DNA of 64,000 bases from Opitutales bacterium (GCA_965226885.1 CBDDEL010000013.1:192001-256000), one strand, 5' to 3'; shown: positions 7,993 to 18,296, counted from the first letter of the stretch. A program made the numbers and translations. The notes: generated by a model not told the origin, from the sequence alone.

Positions 7993-10350
7993 TTAAATTG
8001 GCCAGAAAAAGGGAAGGGTGAGCATAACGACGACGAAGGTAACGAGGGAAAGGGGAACTCCCAGCTTCAGGTAGTCGATGAACCTATAACCGCCGGGGCC
8101 CATGACAAGGATGTTGGCCGGGTGAGAGATGGGACTGGTGAAACTGGCCGATGCCGCCACGGCGATAGCCATCATTCCAGCGTAGGGGGAAATGCCCATA
8201 TCGGCACAGGTTTTCAGAACAATGGGCGCCATCAGTACGACCAGGGCGGAGGTGGGAATTACGGTGGTGGCAATCGCCGTTACCAGATACAGCCCCATAA
8301 GGACTGGCCAGCGCCCGAAATCACCAAGGGCGGCCACCATTCCCCCAGCCAGATATTCCGCCGCCCCGCTTTGGTGCATGGCCAAGCCCAGAGGCAGCAT
8401 CCCGGCAATGAGGAAAACCGCCCTCCACTCGATGGCCTGGTAGGCTTCCTCCATTTTCAGACAGCCCGTTAAAACCATCATAGCCGCTCCGCAAACCGCC
8501 GCCAGGGAGATCGGCAAATAGCCCGCCAAAACGGGAATCAACACCGCCATCATGATGATCGCTGCCAGGGGTCCCTTGGCTGTATCCACGGCCGGTCTTT
8601 CACGCCGGGTGAGGATGAGAAAATCCGGCTCCTCAGCCAGTCGATCCAGTTTCTCCCCTGGGCCCATGAGTAATAGGGCGTCGCCGAAACGCAGTGCAAT
8701 ATCGCGCAAGTTCGACCGGCGGGGTTTACCCTCGCGCCAAATAGCCAGAATTTGCAGGCCGTATTTTTCCCGGAAATGTAGGCTCCGGGGGGTTTTTCCG
8801 GCGAGATTGGACCGGGGCGCCAGAACGGCCTCAATCATGCCCGCTTTTTCCGAATCGAGGTCCCTCAATTCCACAGAAGTTTCCCCTTCGATTTTCAATT
8901 CCTGGAGACCGCGCAGAATTTTCAAATCCACGGGCCGGCCGTGGATCGTCAATAGATCGCCCGCCTGCAATTTTTCCTCCGGCCCCGGCAGCAATTTCTT
9001 TTCACCATCCCGCGCAATAGCCAGCACTCTTAACCCGAATGCGTCGCCCAGGCGGCTTTCGGCCAGAGTCTTGCCCGCCAGAAAAGATTCTTCGGGCACC
9101 GCCACCTCGAATATTCTTTGGGCAAAACTTTGCACCTTTCCCAGATCGGATTCCGTCGCTTCCTGAAAGTTCTCGAAATCGGAGGAAGCCTCTTCCAGTA
9201 GGTCCAGTTTTTCCCTCGGGCCATGCAAAAGCAGCCGGTCTCCCCCTTGCAGGCGCGGGTCTTGCATTCCCTGTCTTGCCGATCCGGCTTTTTTCCGAAT
9301 CAAGAGCACATTTACTCCGAAGCGATTCCTGAAATCCGTTTCCGCCAGGGTCTTGCCGGTGAGCGATGACTCGGGTTTGAGGAATGCCTGGGCCAGAGAC
9401 AGATTTCCGGCCAGCAGGTCGCGAGGATCGCCCGGCATGGGATCGATCGCGAATTCCCGCCAACCCTGCAATTCGTCAAGCCTCTCCATACGGCCCTGGG
9501 CCACCAATCGGTCACCGGCCCTGAAGACGGTTGCCGGTTCGGGCGCCAGCCGGGTGCGCCCGTCACGCACCAAGGCGATCACATGCAGCCCCAGAGCGGA
9601 ACCCAAACGGCTCTCGGCCAAAGTGTTTCCGGCCAGCAAAGAATCCCTTTCCAGGCGCAATACAAAGGTAATGTCCCCGAGCGCATATTGTTCCCGCAGC
9701 GATTCCGGCGACCCTTTGAAAGAATCGGCTTCAGGGTCCACCTTGGGCAGGAAATGGCGGCCTACAAAAGCCACAAAGAGGATGCCGGCAACCATTACGC
9801 AAAGACCCACCGGCGTGTAATCGAAAAGACCGAAGGGGGCCATCTCTGCGTCTCGCAGCGCCGTGCTAACGAGGAGATTGGGCGGTGTGCCGATCAAAGT
9901 GGTGAGACCGCCCAGGAGAGTCCCGAATGCCAGGGGCATGAGCAGGCGGGAGGGTGGCCGGCCTGTTTTTCGGGCAATATCCATGACAACCGGAAGGAGG
10001 AGGGCGGCAACCCCGATATTGTTCATAAAAGCGGATAAACCGCCACCCGCCACCATGATCACGATGATCGTGCGCGCTTCGCTCGTTCCAGTCAGACGCA
10101 GAATCATTTTACCGATTTGGTCGGCCACACCGGTCCGGCTGAGTCCCTCGCTAAGAATGAACATGGCCCAAATGGCCACCACGGCCGGATTGCTGAACCC
10201 AGAAAAAGCCTCCTCCGGACTGACCAGGCCGGTCAAAGCGAGCGATCCCAAAACCAGTAAAGCGACCAGGTCCATGCGAATGAGCTCGGTCAGGAAAAGA
10301 ATGAGCGATACGACCAAAATGGCCAACACTCCAGCAATCTCCAAAGTCAT
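7993..10350 (-). CDS. SLC13/DASS-family permease with multiple TrkA-C (RCK_C) domains
   Basis: 785 aa; SAFMNNIG, LIGTPPNLL and SPISHPANILV motifs; four SxLxGxTL-type repeats in the central loop. Confidence 0.9.
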   Translation of the reverse strand: MTLEIAGVLAILVVSLILFLTELIRMDLVALLVLGSLALTGLVSPEEAFSGFSNPAVVAIWAMFILSEGLSRTGVADQIGKMILRLTGTSEARTIIVIMVAGGGLSAFMNNIGVAALLLPVVMDIARKTGRPPSRLLMPLAFGTLLGGLTTLIGTPPNLLVSTALRDAEMAPFGLFDYTPVGLCVMVAGILFVAFVGRHFLPKVDPEADSFKGSPESLREQYALGDITFVLRLERDSLLAGNTLAESRLGSALGLHVIALVRDGRTRLAPEPATVFRAGDRLVAQGRMERLDELQGWREFAIDPMPGDPRDLLAGNLSLAQAFLKPESSLTGKTLAETDFRNRFGVNVLLIRKKAGSARQGMQDPRLQGGDRLLLHGPREKLDLLEEASSDFENFQEATESDLGKVQSFAQRIFEVAVPEESFLAGKTLAESRLGDAFGLRVLAIARDGEKKLLPGPEEKLQAGDLLTIHGRPVDLKILRGLQELKIEGETSVELRDLDSEKAGMIEAVLAPRSNLAGKTPRSLHFREKYGLQILAIWREGKPRRSNLRDIALRFGDALLLMGPGEKLDRLAEEPDFLILTRRERPAVDTAKGPLAAIIMMAVLIPVLAGYLPISLAAVCGAAMMVLTGCLKMEEAYQAIEWRAVFLIAGMLPLGLAMHQSGAAEYLAGGMVAALGDFGRWPVLMGLYLVTAIATTVIPTSALVVLMAPIVLKTCADMGISPYAGMMAIAVAASASFTSPISHPANILVMGPGGYRFIDYLKLGVPLSLVTFVVVMLTLPFFWPI

Positions 10351-10405
10351 AAAAAAGTTTTCAAGTTGGATTTCTCACTCCCGAAAGCCCTTTATTTATA
10401 ATTTC

Positions 10406-10714
10406 CTATCGAACGAACTCAGGGTGCTTGACTTCCGCTTCGATACGCTTCCCGAATCGCTCCTCCGCCACTTCCAAATCGTGTTCGGACTGGAGACCAA
10501 GCCAGAACCCGGCAGTCGTGCCAAAATATTTGGAGAATCGCAAAGCAGTTTCAGCCGTTATCGAGCGTCTCCCCTTAACGATTTCCGTGATGCGAGACTG
10601 CGGCATTCCCGAATCCTGCGCCAATCGATATTGCGACAGGCCCATGGGCTTGAGAAACTCCTCCAACAAAATCTCACCGGGATGAATTAATGGTAATTTC
10701 TTCTGCTTTTTCAT
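10406..10714 (-). CDS. higA: HigA antitoxin (XRE HTH)
   Basis: IHPGEILLEEFLKPMGLSQYRLA...ITAETALR...FWLGLQ. Confidence 0.92.
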   Translation of the reverse strand: MKKQKKLPLIHPGEILLEEFLKPMGLSQYRLAQDSGMPQSRITEIVKGRRSITAETALRFSKYFGTTAGFWLGLQSEHDLEVAEERFGKRIEAEVKHPEFVR

Positions 10715-10732
10715 TGTTTAGGTTGTTTTTAA

Positions 10733-11014
10733 TTAATGATAATCGACAATTTCAACATCATAGGCATCGCCTGATTTCCATCGGAAGCATATCCGCCACT
10801 GATCGTTAATCCGAATACTCAATTGTCCCTTTCTGTTCCCTTTGAGACGTTCCAATTGATTCGCTGGAGGTATTCTAATATCCTGAAGTTCTTTGGCCTG
10901 ATTGAGCATTCTTAGCTTTCGGCGTGCCACTTTCTGAACATTAAGAGGTAGTTTTCGAGAAACCTCCCGCAGGTAAAGGCGCTCTGTTTCCCTGTGCCGA
11001 AAACTACGAATCAT
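10733..11014 (-). CDS. higB: HigB toxin (RelE/ParE superfamily)
   Basis: MIRSFRH...SIRINDQWRICFRW...DVEIVDYH; toxin-first gene order. Confidence 0.92.
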   Translation of the reverse strand: MIRSFRHRETERLYLREVSRKLPLNVQKVARRKLRMLNQAKELQDIRIPPANQLERLKGNRKGQLSIRINDQWRICFRWKSGDAYDVEIVDYH

Positions 11015-11022
11015 CGGTTTAA

Positions 11023-11056
11023 AAAATGCCTCGCTCCACTACATACGTCAAGCGTA
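11023..11056 (-). promoter_or_regulatory. Putative higBA promoter with overlapping operator palindrome
   Basis: Minus strand TTGACG-17-CATTTT ends 8 nt before the ATG; palindrome tacg-tcaag-cgta overlaps the -35. Confidence 0.35.
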
Positions 11057-11105
11057 ATATTTCCATCTTTCGTAAGTATCCGCCTAATCGTCGCAATTTC
11101 CCTCT

Positions 11106-11516
11106 TCACGCCAGGTGGGGTGGGCGGCCGTCAATGGTGGCTTTGGACCGTTTTTTCTTCTTTTTCTTTGGGATGGTTCCCATGCGGGGGTCGTGGTTGA
11201 GGATGAGTTCCACCAATTGCCGGGTGATGGCCTCGAAGCGGTCGTCCGTTTCCGGCAGGTAGAGCCATTTGGGTAATATTTCATGGGGCTCCAGTTCCGG
11301 GAACTGGGCCAAAAGGGATTCGTGATGCTCCCGCTCGGTGGTCACGAGAATGCCCCTCCAGGGCTCTTCGCGGGCCGAGAGAACGAGCACAATCTTGCCG
11401 TCGAAATAACACCCCACCGATCCGAACATCGGTTTGGCCAGAAAAGAAGGCTTTCCCGCCAGAGGCTCCACCATCCAGAAATAAGGGTGCGATTTAAGTT
11501 TCATTTTCCCCGACAT
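11106..11516 (-). CDS. TfoX/Sxy-like small protein
   Basis: KPMFGSVGCYFDGK motif; ATG at 11516 avoids overlap with obgE. Confidence 0.65.
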   Translation of the reverse strand: MSGKMKLKSHPYFWMVEPLAGKPSFLAKPMFGSVGCYFDGKIVLVLSAREEPWRGILVTTEREHHESLLAQFPELEPHEILPKWLYLPETDDRFEAITRQLVELILNHDPRMGTIPKKKKKKRSKATIDGRPPHLA

Positions 11517-11565
11517 GTTATATTTAGGGTAGTCTTTTGGCAATGCCAATGGATGAGGGATAATC

Positions 11566-12573
11566 ATGTTTATAGACGAAGTGACAGTGAAACTGAAATC
11601 AGGGGACGGCGGCAGCGGGTGCGTCAGCTTTCGCCGCGAACGGCATCGGCCCAAGGGCGGACCGGACGGCGGCAACGGCGGCAAGGGGGGCGACGTGATC
11701 TTGGTCTGCAACGAAAATAAGGGGGATTTAGTCCAATATAAATTCAAACCCCATGCCCATGCGGAAAATGGCCAGCCCGGTCGGGGAGGCGATAAAGACG
11801 GCCGAGGCGGCGCGGATATCCTACTCCCGGTACCGCCCGGTACGGTTGTTTTGAGCAAAAGCACAGGAAAAGTGGTGACTGAAATGATCCGCCATGAAGA
11901 GTCTGTCGTATTGCTCCAAGGCGGCCGAGGCGGCCTGGGTAACATGCGCTTCAAGTCATCCATCAATCGGACGCCGCGACAATCGACTCCGGGCCAGCTA
12001 GGACAGGGGGGAGTTTTTCAATTCGTTCTGAAGATCATCGCCGATGTCGGATTAGTGGGCTTGCCCAATGCCGGAAAATCCAGCCTGACCGGCCTCATCA
12101 CCCGCGCCCATCCCAAGACTGCGGCCTATCCCTTTACGACGTTGCATCCCAATGTGGGGGTGGTCGAAATCCCGGAAGAGTACGCCAGATTTCTGATGGC
12201 CGACATTCCCGGACTGGTGGCGGGCGCTCATACCGGCAAAGGCCTAGGACACCGCTTTCTAAGACATATCGAACGGTGCCCGCTGCATTTGTTCATCATC
12301 GACATGGCCGGTGTGGACGGCCGGGACCCGACCGATGATTACGAGCAGCTCCTGCGGGAACTCGACCATTACAACCCGCAGCTTTTACAAAAATCCCATC
12401 TTGTGGCGGCCAATAAAATGGATTTGGCGGAAGCTCCAGCGAATTTGAAATTATTTATGAAAAAGCATACCGAGACCAATGCCCTGCCCATTTCCTGCCT
12501 GCTCCAATCCGGGATTGAGGACTTGAAAATAAAGCTCTACAGACGACTGCAATCGGAGGCCGCCAAGCCCTGA
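11566..12573 (+). CDS. obgE: GTPase ObgE/CgtA
   Basis: MFIDEV, Gly-rich Obg domain, GLPNAGKS, YPFTTL, DIPG, NKMD. Confidence 0.97.
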   Translation: MFIDEVTVKLKSGDGGSGCVSFRRERHRPKGGPDGGNGGKGGDVILVCNENKGDLVQYKFKPHAHAENGQPGRGGDKDGRGGADILLPVPPGTVVLSKSTGKVVTEMIRHEESVVLLQGGRGGLGNMRFKSSINRTPRQSTPGQLGQGGVFQFVLKIIADVGLVGLPNAGKSSLTGLITRAHPKTAAYPFTTLHPNVGVVEIPEEYARFLMADIPGLVAGAHTGKGLGHRFLRHIERCPLHLFIIDMAGVDGRDPTDDYEQLLRELDHYNPQLLQKSHLVAANKMDLAEAPANLKLFMKKHTETNALPISCLLQSGIEDLKIKLYRRLQSEAAKP

Positions 12574-12760
12574 AATATCAATTATTTTAACAGGATCATT
12601 TCCCAGCGTTGACGGCAGGGAATAGCATTTTAAGAGCTCAAATTAAGGATGTTTCAGGGTTGATTTGTTTTCGTTCAGGTATTATCTTGCTGGCCGATTA
12701 ATTGTTCTGAAAGACAAGTTTTCAGAATTTCAAGGGGACCAGGGGCCAGGGGAATAATAA

Positions 12761-14002
12761 ATGTCAAAAAACATCCTCATAGTGGATGACGACGCTGATT
12801 TTAACAGCTTGTTAACCGATGTTTTCCTTCAGACCGATTATAACGCGGTTTCTGTGCTGGACCCACGCCAAGCCGTCGAACTTTTCAGCCGGAACCATTT
12901 CGATCTGGTCATCAGCGATTATATGATGCCGCAAATGACTGGGGTGGAGTTTATCCGCGCCATCCGGAAAATTCGGGACGATGTGCCGGTCGTTCTGGTG
13001 TCGGGATTTCTTGAAAAAAGCGTGATCGAGGAATTACTGGCGGAAGAGGTTAAAGGCATATTCCTCAAGCCTTTGAACATTTTCTCACTCTTGAATGATT
13101 CACTGTTATTTATCGAGGATCCACCCACGCCCGATTTTTCATCGGAAAAAACGGCGGAATTTTGCCGCCAGGACCTGATCTGGCAAATGCGATCCTTTCC
13201 CTGCAAGACAGCCGCCAGCCTGGATTTTGCCGGCCAATTGTATGCCAGCAGAAATTTTCAATCGGCCCTTCTGCTGGAGGGCGAGAAAGGTAGCCAATTT
13301 AAAAGAATCTGCCGGGACCTGGACAATTTCAGCCACCCGGATGAAGAACGATTTTACTACCTCGAAGCGGGCACCATAGCGACCGAAAATTTAAAGAAAG
13401 ACCTTCAGAAACTAGGCGCTAGATCAAGCGGGCGCATCACCCTCGTCGCCTTGCAAACGGAAAGACTTCGGAAGGAGGAAAGGACACTCATTTGCGACCT
13501 CGCTCATAAAGAAAAACCTTTTGAAGACCTGTCCGGCCAATATCGATTTGTTTTTTGTCTGACCCGGAATTTGGAAGACCTCCATGAGGAGGGGCATATA
13601 GATGAGCAGTTTTATTGCTTTCTGTCTTCGACAAAATCAAAAATCGTTATCCCTCCACTCCGCCATTGCCGGGAGGACATATTTTTCCTGGGACAACAAA
13701 TATTGAAAGAGGAAGCGGAAAAAACCCGGATGCCCAGGCCGCCCATGATCGAAGGAGCCGCCATTGATTACCTCAAAAACAAAAATTGGCCGGGTAATTT
13801 CGCCGAGTTGCAGGAATTGTTGCAATTAACCTTAAAAATGGGCAATTCGCTCCTGCTCGAAGTGGATGATTTCCGCAAAGCCCAGGAATTCAAAGACCTG
13901 CATCCAAAAAATGTAGCCATTGAAAACTTGCAGGATTATGTTAAAAAAACAAAGAAAAATACACCGGCACGGTTTATAATCTCTTGCAGGAGGATTCCGT
14001 AG
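12761..14002 (+). CDS. Response regulator with degenerate NtrC-like AAA+ domain; possible 3' frameshift
   Basis: Receiver (ILIVDDD, ISDYMMP, KP); IPPLRHCREDI and WPGNFAEL motifs; no GAFTGA. Confidence 0.8.
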   Translation: MSKNILIVDDDADFNSLLTDVFLQTDYNAVSVLDPRQAVELFSRNHFDLVISDYMMPQMTGVEFIRAIRKIRDDVPVVLVSGFLEKSVIEELLAEEVKGIFLKPLNIFSLLNDSLLFIEDPPTPDFSSEKTAEFCRQDLIWQMRSFPCKTAASLDFAGQLYASRNFQSALLLEGEKGSQFKRICRDLDNFSHPDEERFYYLEAGTIATENLKKDLQKLGARSSGRITLVALQTERLRKEERTLICDLAHKEKPFEDLSGQYRFVFCLTRNLEDLHEEGHIDEQFYCFLSSTKSKIVIPPLRHCREDIFFLGQQILKEEAEKTRMPRPPMIEGAAIDYLKNKNWPGNFAELQELLQLTLKMGNSLLLEVDDFRKAQEFKDLHPKNVAIENLQDYVKKTKKNTPARFIISCRRIP

Positions 14003-14096
14003 AAACAGATGACGAACCCGGAATAAATACTCAAACGGCACCAAAAATCCTTCCCAAAAAGAAAGCATCGGCGCCCAAGGTTTGAATCAATCCAGC

Positions 14097-14906
14097 TTAA
14101 CCCAAATCCTCATCACCGATATTCATATCGTCCTCGATTCCAATATCATCGAAACCCATATCCTCGAAACCGGATTCGTCCATCCCGGTGTCAAGAGCGG
14201 CGCTCTCCTCCAAGGCGGATTCATCCGCGCCTGCCGCCGCCATTTCCTCACCCTCTCCGGCGCCTCCCGCAAATCGACGGTGAAGGTGGAGAAAATACCT
14301 GAATTGACGAAATTCTTCCGGTAAAAAAACCTCGAGATTCTGGTGCAATTCCGAGTCGTCCATTGCCTTCCACTGCACTTGCAGGATTTGGGGATGTTTC
14401 TCCGGCTCCGTTTGGATAAAAAGAGGGCAATCGACGCAGTGGGAGCCGCTGATGCGCTTTTTGCAATAATCCAGGATCTGCCGCCGGTATTCGCCCACCT
14501 CATTGGCCGTGCAATAGCTCAGCCGGCAATTGGCAAATTCCGGCTGCAAAAGCGCTGCCAGGAGATAATTCCCCACATGGGCCAGCTCGAATTCAGCCTC
14601 TGAATCATCGAGCCGATCAAGCAACTCGGTGATCAATTCCGTTTTCCGATCGACATCAAGGCTCTGGGGCTCCCCCTTTTCACCCTTGGGCAAAGACCCT
14701 GAAATCCCCTCCTCATTCGCTAGTTCCCAGAGGACGCCGGCATAGTGCTCCACCGTATCGGGATCGATCGCGGCCAGACCATTTTTGGCGCAAAAACTAT
14801 CGACAATGGGAGTGACGAGGGCCGCAAAAGCCTCGCTTTCAACCTCATTGTGCTGTTCCAGAAAACCCAGGTAAGCCTCCCTGGTCAAATTAGAGTATTC
14901 GAACAT
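14097..14906 (-). CDS. Hypothetical protein with HCVDC motif and acidic tail
   Basis: 269-aa ORF with an upstream purine-rich RBS-like sequence; no recognised family. Confidence 0.75.
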   Translation of the reverse strand: MFEYSNLTREAYLGFLEQHNEVESEAFAALVTPIVDSFCAKNGLAAIDPDTVEHYAGVLWELANEEGISGSLPKGEKGEPQSLDVDRKTELITELLDRLDDSEAEFELAHVGNYLLAALLQPEFANCRLSYCTANEVGEYRRQILDYCKKRISGSHCVDCPLFIQTEPEKHPQILQVQWKAMDDSELHQNLEVFLPEEFRQFRYFLHLHRRFAGGAGEGEEMAAAGADESALEESAALDTGMDESGFEDMGFDDIGIEDDMNIGDEDLG

Positions 14907-15048
14907 AACCTCGCTCTCCCCCTCAAGCTCTCAAGCCAAGAGCGGGCATGAACAAGAACAAAACTTGCGAAAGCCAGGCCGCAATGTCAACTATTCACCA
15001 CAAAACGAACGCAAAGCCACCCGACCCGCGCCCAGGTCCGATATAACA

Positions 15049-15113
15049 CCCCGCCGGATAAATCACATCACCGCACGGGCGGATGAAATTCCCACTCCTT
15101 GGTGCGAAAATTA
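15049..15113. repeat. Direct repeat copy 1 (gene 3' end plus downstream sequence)
   Basis: Matches 16856-16921 with 8 substitutions and 1 indel by manual alignment. Confidence 0.85.
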
Positions 15114-15343
15114 TAGAATACCCGAACCGTGTCGGCGCTGGACATGTTTAGGCGAAAATGCAGCCACGTATCGTCGCTCTGTCGATACATCATGGGATAG
15201 ATGGTCTCGCTCGTCCACATGAACCCCAAGACCGGTTCCCACAGCCAGATGTCGAAGGGGTCGAGCCCGTAAATGCGCAGCCAGCCATGATCGAAAAAAT
15301 AAATCCACGGGTAATAATCGTCTCGGTAATCTCTAAACGCCCC

Positions 15344-16170
15344 GGTAGTGTATTAAGTAGGAATGGTGGCTAATTCTTGATTATATTGATGAATGAAAAT
15401 CTTGATTATATTGATGAATGAAAAGTCTCAGACAGGTTTCATGCATACTCTTAAGCTTGGAAAAGGAGAGGGTTTTGCGTGTGAAACGACCCAGTCGTTG
15501 GCGCAGGGTATTGTTCCATCGTTCCACATGGGCCGTTTCACCGGTTTCTTTTCCCACGGATCGGTTATGAGGAAAGACTTCATCATAAGTGCTCCAAAAG
15601 TCGCTGTAGGTGGCACATCTTTTGTAGGCCCGTGGCAGACGCTCGTAAAGTTCCCGGCAACGATACCAATCCCGAGGCCCAATGGCATAGGAGAGGATTT
15701 GACGGGTGCGTCGGCAAAGAGCGATCCAAACCCATTGGGCATCGCTCTTGCGCCCCACAAAAGACCACAGTTCGTCCAGTTCAATGACATCATGGCGGCG
15801 GGCCGCAAGAATCGTGCTTTTGAGCGGTCGCAGCGATTGTCGTTTTTTTTAACCAACTCAAAACGGTGTTGGGACTCACCCCGAAGGCGCGCTGTAAACC
15901 GCGTAGACTGCTGCGTTCCTGATAGACTCGAAGGATCATTTCCTTTTGCTCTTCGGTGTATTTCACTGTGGGGTTTTCGCGGCTTTGTTTACCACAATCA
16001 TGGCAGCGGTAGCGCTGTTTATGGTTGGGCGTCTTGCCAAATTTAATGATATTTTCACTTCCACAGTGCCGACAATTAATAATTTTAGTAACCATGCACT
16101 AAGAATAAACTGCCTAACGCTATTTGTACAGCTAAAAATACAAAATAACATTCTTTTTTTATACACTACC
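15344..16170 (-). mobile_element. IS1-family element (827 bp, internal 25-bp tandem duplication)
   Basis: IRs present; 8-bp TSD aacgcccc; tcttgattatattgatgaatgaaaa duplicated near the right end, altering the InsB C-terminus. Confidence 0.95.
15381..16095 (-). CDS. insAB: IS1 transposase InsA/InsB
   Basis: As the copy at 3344; C-terminus QDFHSSI instead of QELATIPT. Confidence 0.88.
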
Positions 16171-16855
16171 AACGCCCCAAAGGCACGCTTCCACCCATCG
16201 CTGAGAAAATATATTGGTTGAATGGGCAGTTCACCGATTATGGTGTAACCAACGAATCCAATTAATCCCTGCGTATTTTTGATCCATCCGTCCGGATTTG
16301 CTTCAACGAAAGATGGTCTTCCATCAAGTATTGTGAGGACCCCTTCGGCAAAAGTAACGAGGGAAATGACCGACCAGGACCAGGCGGGAGCATTCTCCAG
16401 CAGGTAATTGCGGTTGATGGGACTGGACCATGGCGCAATGGCAGCGACCACAATCATTATTGGCGGCGTTTCATCACCGATGATGCTTCGGGCAAATTCG
16501 ATCTGTTCCTGGTCCGCGATAGGCACGACATACGATTGCATTGTTTGAGGATCATCAGGCGTCCGGTTCGGTTCGCCTACGACAAAATACCGAGGCCTGT
16601 CTGCCTGCGCTTCAGACAGCAGGAGTAGCGCCATGGCTGCCGTTATCATTAAAATCTTGATTACCAAACCTGTCCTTTTTGATTTCATTTTTTCAAGCAT
16701 CTGGTTTTGAATCTTTGAGGGATTATGGTGTCTACGGCGGGGAGCCATTGGTCCCCGAAATTTCAATTTCCTCTCATTGCTCCGTGCTGTAGTTATAAAA
16801 ATCACGGTCCTCGGTTTGCGGATTATCATTATATTCAAGCCACACTGCATCGTTG

Positions 16856-16921
16856 CCCCGTCAGAAAAATCAAATCACGGCACCGGCGGATGAAACTCCC
16901 ATTCCTTGGTGCGAAAAATTA
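16856..16921. repeat. Direct repeat copy 2 (orphan gene 3' end)
   Basis: Minus strand encodes FRTKEWEFHPPVP*, but the frame is closed a few codons upstream. Confidence 0.85.
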
Positions 16922-17034
16922 GTTTCCGGTAATTTCCTCAATGGCTTTGAATTCCTTATCGGCAAATGAGTAATATTTCTCGGTGAGTTCGGTTGTCCAA
17001 AGCCAGCCGTGTTCTTCTGAAAACAGGTAAAAGC
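16919..17034 (-). pseudogene. 3' remnant of a gene with a related aromatic C-terminal motif, cut by IS3
   Basis: Own translation FYLFSEEHGWLWTTELTEKYYSFADKEFKAIEEITGN*. Confidence 0.55.
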
Positions 17035-17073
17035 TGATGTGCACTGGAAAAAGTGGACACGAGATTCTCCTAA

Positions 17074-17382
17074 ATGGAGAATCGAAGCATGGGAAGAAGA
17101 CGCAGTATAGAGTTCAAAAATGAGGCAGTTCAACTGATGATACTCGATGGTCTGAGCGCCACCGAGGTATCGACCAAACTTGGGGTCAACACCAACCAAT
17201 TGTATAGGTGGAAGAGGCTCTATCTGGACGATCAGCAGGGCGAAGCCACCTCAAAGCGACAGAGCAGTCCGAAGGAGATGGCGGCCGAGATAGATCGTCT
17301 TCGCAAAGAGCTGCGCCGCTCGGAGCGGATCAACCAGATACTAAAAAAAACGGTGGGCTACTTTGCCAAGGACGAACAATGA
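17074..17382 (+). CDS. IS3 OrfA (HTH)
   Basis: EFKNEAVQL...LYRWKR...ILKKTVGYF; A8 slippery run at 17343-17350. Confidence 0.9.
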   Translation: MENRSMGRRRSIEFKNEAVQLMILDGLSATEVSTKLGVNTNQLYRWKRLYLDDQQGEATSKRQSSPKEMAAEIDRLRKELRRSERINQILKKTVGYFAKDEQ

Positions 17383-18296
17383 AGTACCAGTTTGTCAAAG
17401 ACAACGAGGGGCGCTTCAAGATCGAGGAAATATGCTCGGCGATGGGGATTTGTCGCAGTGGCTATTACTGCTGGAGGCACCGAGCGCCCTCGGCCCGGCG
17501 GATCGAGGACGAGGGAATCAAGGGGGCGATCCTGAAGGTACACAAAGAGGCCAAGGGCCGCTATGGGCATCGGCCAATGCACCGCCATCTGAAGGATGAT
17601 GAGGGCATCGATTGCGGCCGTGACCGGGCTCTGCGTCTGATGCGTGAAATGGGAATCAAAAGCACCCAGAGTAAACGCTTTAAGCCATTAAAAACCAACA
17701 GTAACCATCCCTATGGTTACAGCCCCAATGTGCTTAAAAAGCATGGCCAGCCGACCCATATCGACGAGGTCTGGGTGGCGGACACGACCTACCTACGGAC
17801 CCTGGCCGGTTGGATGTACTTGGCCACGGTGATGGACCTGTTCAGCCGACGCCTGCTGGGCTGGAGCGTTTCCAACCACAACGACGCGAAGCTGGTTGGC
17901 AAGGCCCTCAAAGCCGCGGCCATGACCCGCGGCACACTGCGCACCGGGATTATTCATCACAGCGATCGGGGCAGCCCCTACGCCAGCGACGACTATCAGA
18001 GGCTGGTCTCTGAACTAGGCATGAAGCCGAGCATGAGCGCCCAAGGCAACTGCTACGACAACGCGGCCATGGAATCGTTCTACGGCCGCTTCAAGACCAG
18101 CACGATTCGAGGCCGCCACTTTGCCGACGAGCGCGAACTGCGATCAACTGTCTTCGAATACGTGGAAATCTTCTACAACCGATATCGCAAACATTCCTCT
18201 CTGAGTTACCAAAGCCCAGTCCAATTCGAGGAAAATATTTGCCCCCCATGGGGGGCAACGAGAAAACAAAACCCTTTACCAAAACAAGCCGCCTGA
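17379..18296 (+). CDS. IS3 OrfB (rve/DDE integrase)
   Basis: WVADTTY, HHSDRGSPY, CYDNAAMESF; ATGA overlap with OrfA. Confidence 0.92.
   Translation: MKYQFVKDNEGRFKIEEICSAMGICRSGYYCWRHRAPSARRIEDEGIKGAILKVHKEAKGRYGHRPMHRHLKDDEGIDCGRDRALRLMREMGIKSTQSKRFKPLKTNSNHPYGYSPNVLKKHGQPTHIDEVWVADTTYLRTLAGWMYLATVMDLFSRRLLGWSVSNHNDAKLVGKALKAAAMTRGTLRTGIIHHSDRGSPYASDDYQRLVSELGMKPSMSAQGNCYDNAAMESFYGRFKTSTIRGRHFADERELRSTVFEYVEIFYNRYRKHSSLSYQSPVQFEENICPPWGATRKQNPLPKQAA

Larger units (their letters stand above)
15068..16688 (-). pseudogene. Secreted protein (BP74-like N-terminal domain plus aromatic-rich C-terminal domain), interrupted by IS1
   Basis: Removing IS1 and one aacgcccc copy restores a ~261-aa frame: signal peptide, RYFVVGE...SYVVPI...ARSII...WSWSV...ILDGRPSFVE, then FGAF/RDYRDDYYPWIYFFDHGWL...FRTKEWEFHPPVR*. 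Confidence 0.8.

Noticed and set aside
11517..11966. Long N-terminal extension of the 286-aa ORF
   Set aside because: Pro-rich antisense of the Gly-rich obgE domain; the real gene likely starts at 11516.
15049..16921. Diversity-generating retroelement TR/VR pair
   Set aside because: Differences are not adenine-specific and are mostly synonymous; no reverse transcriptase in the window.
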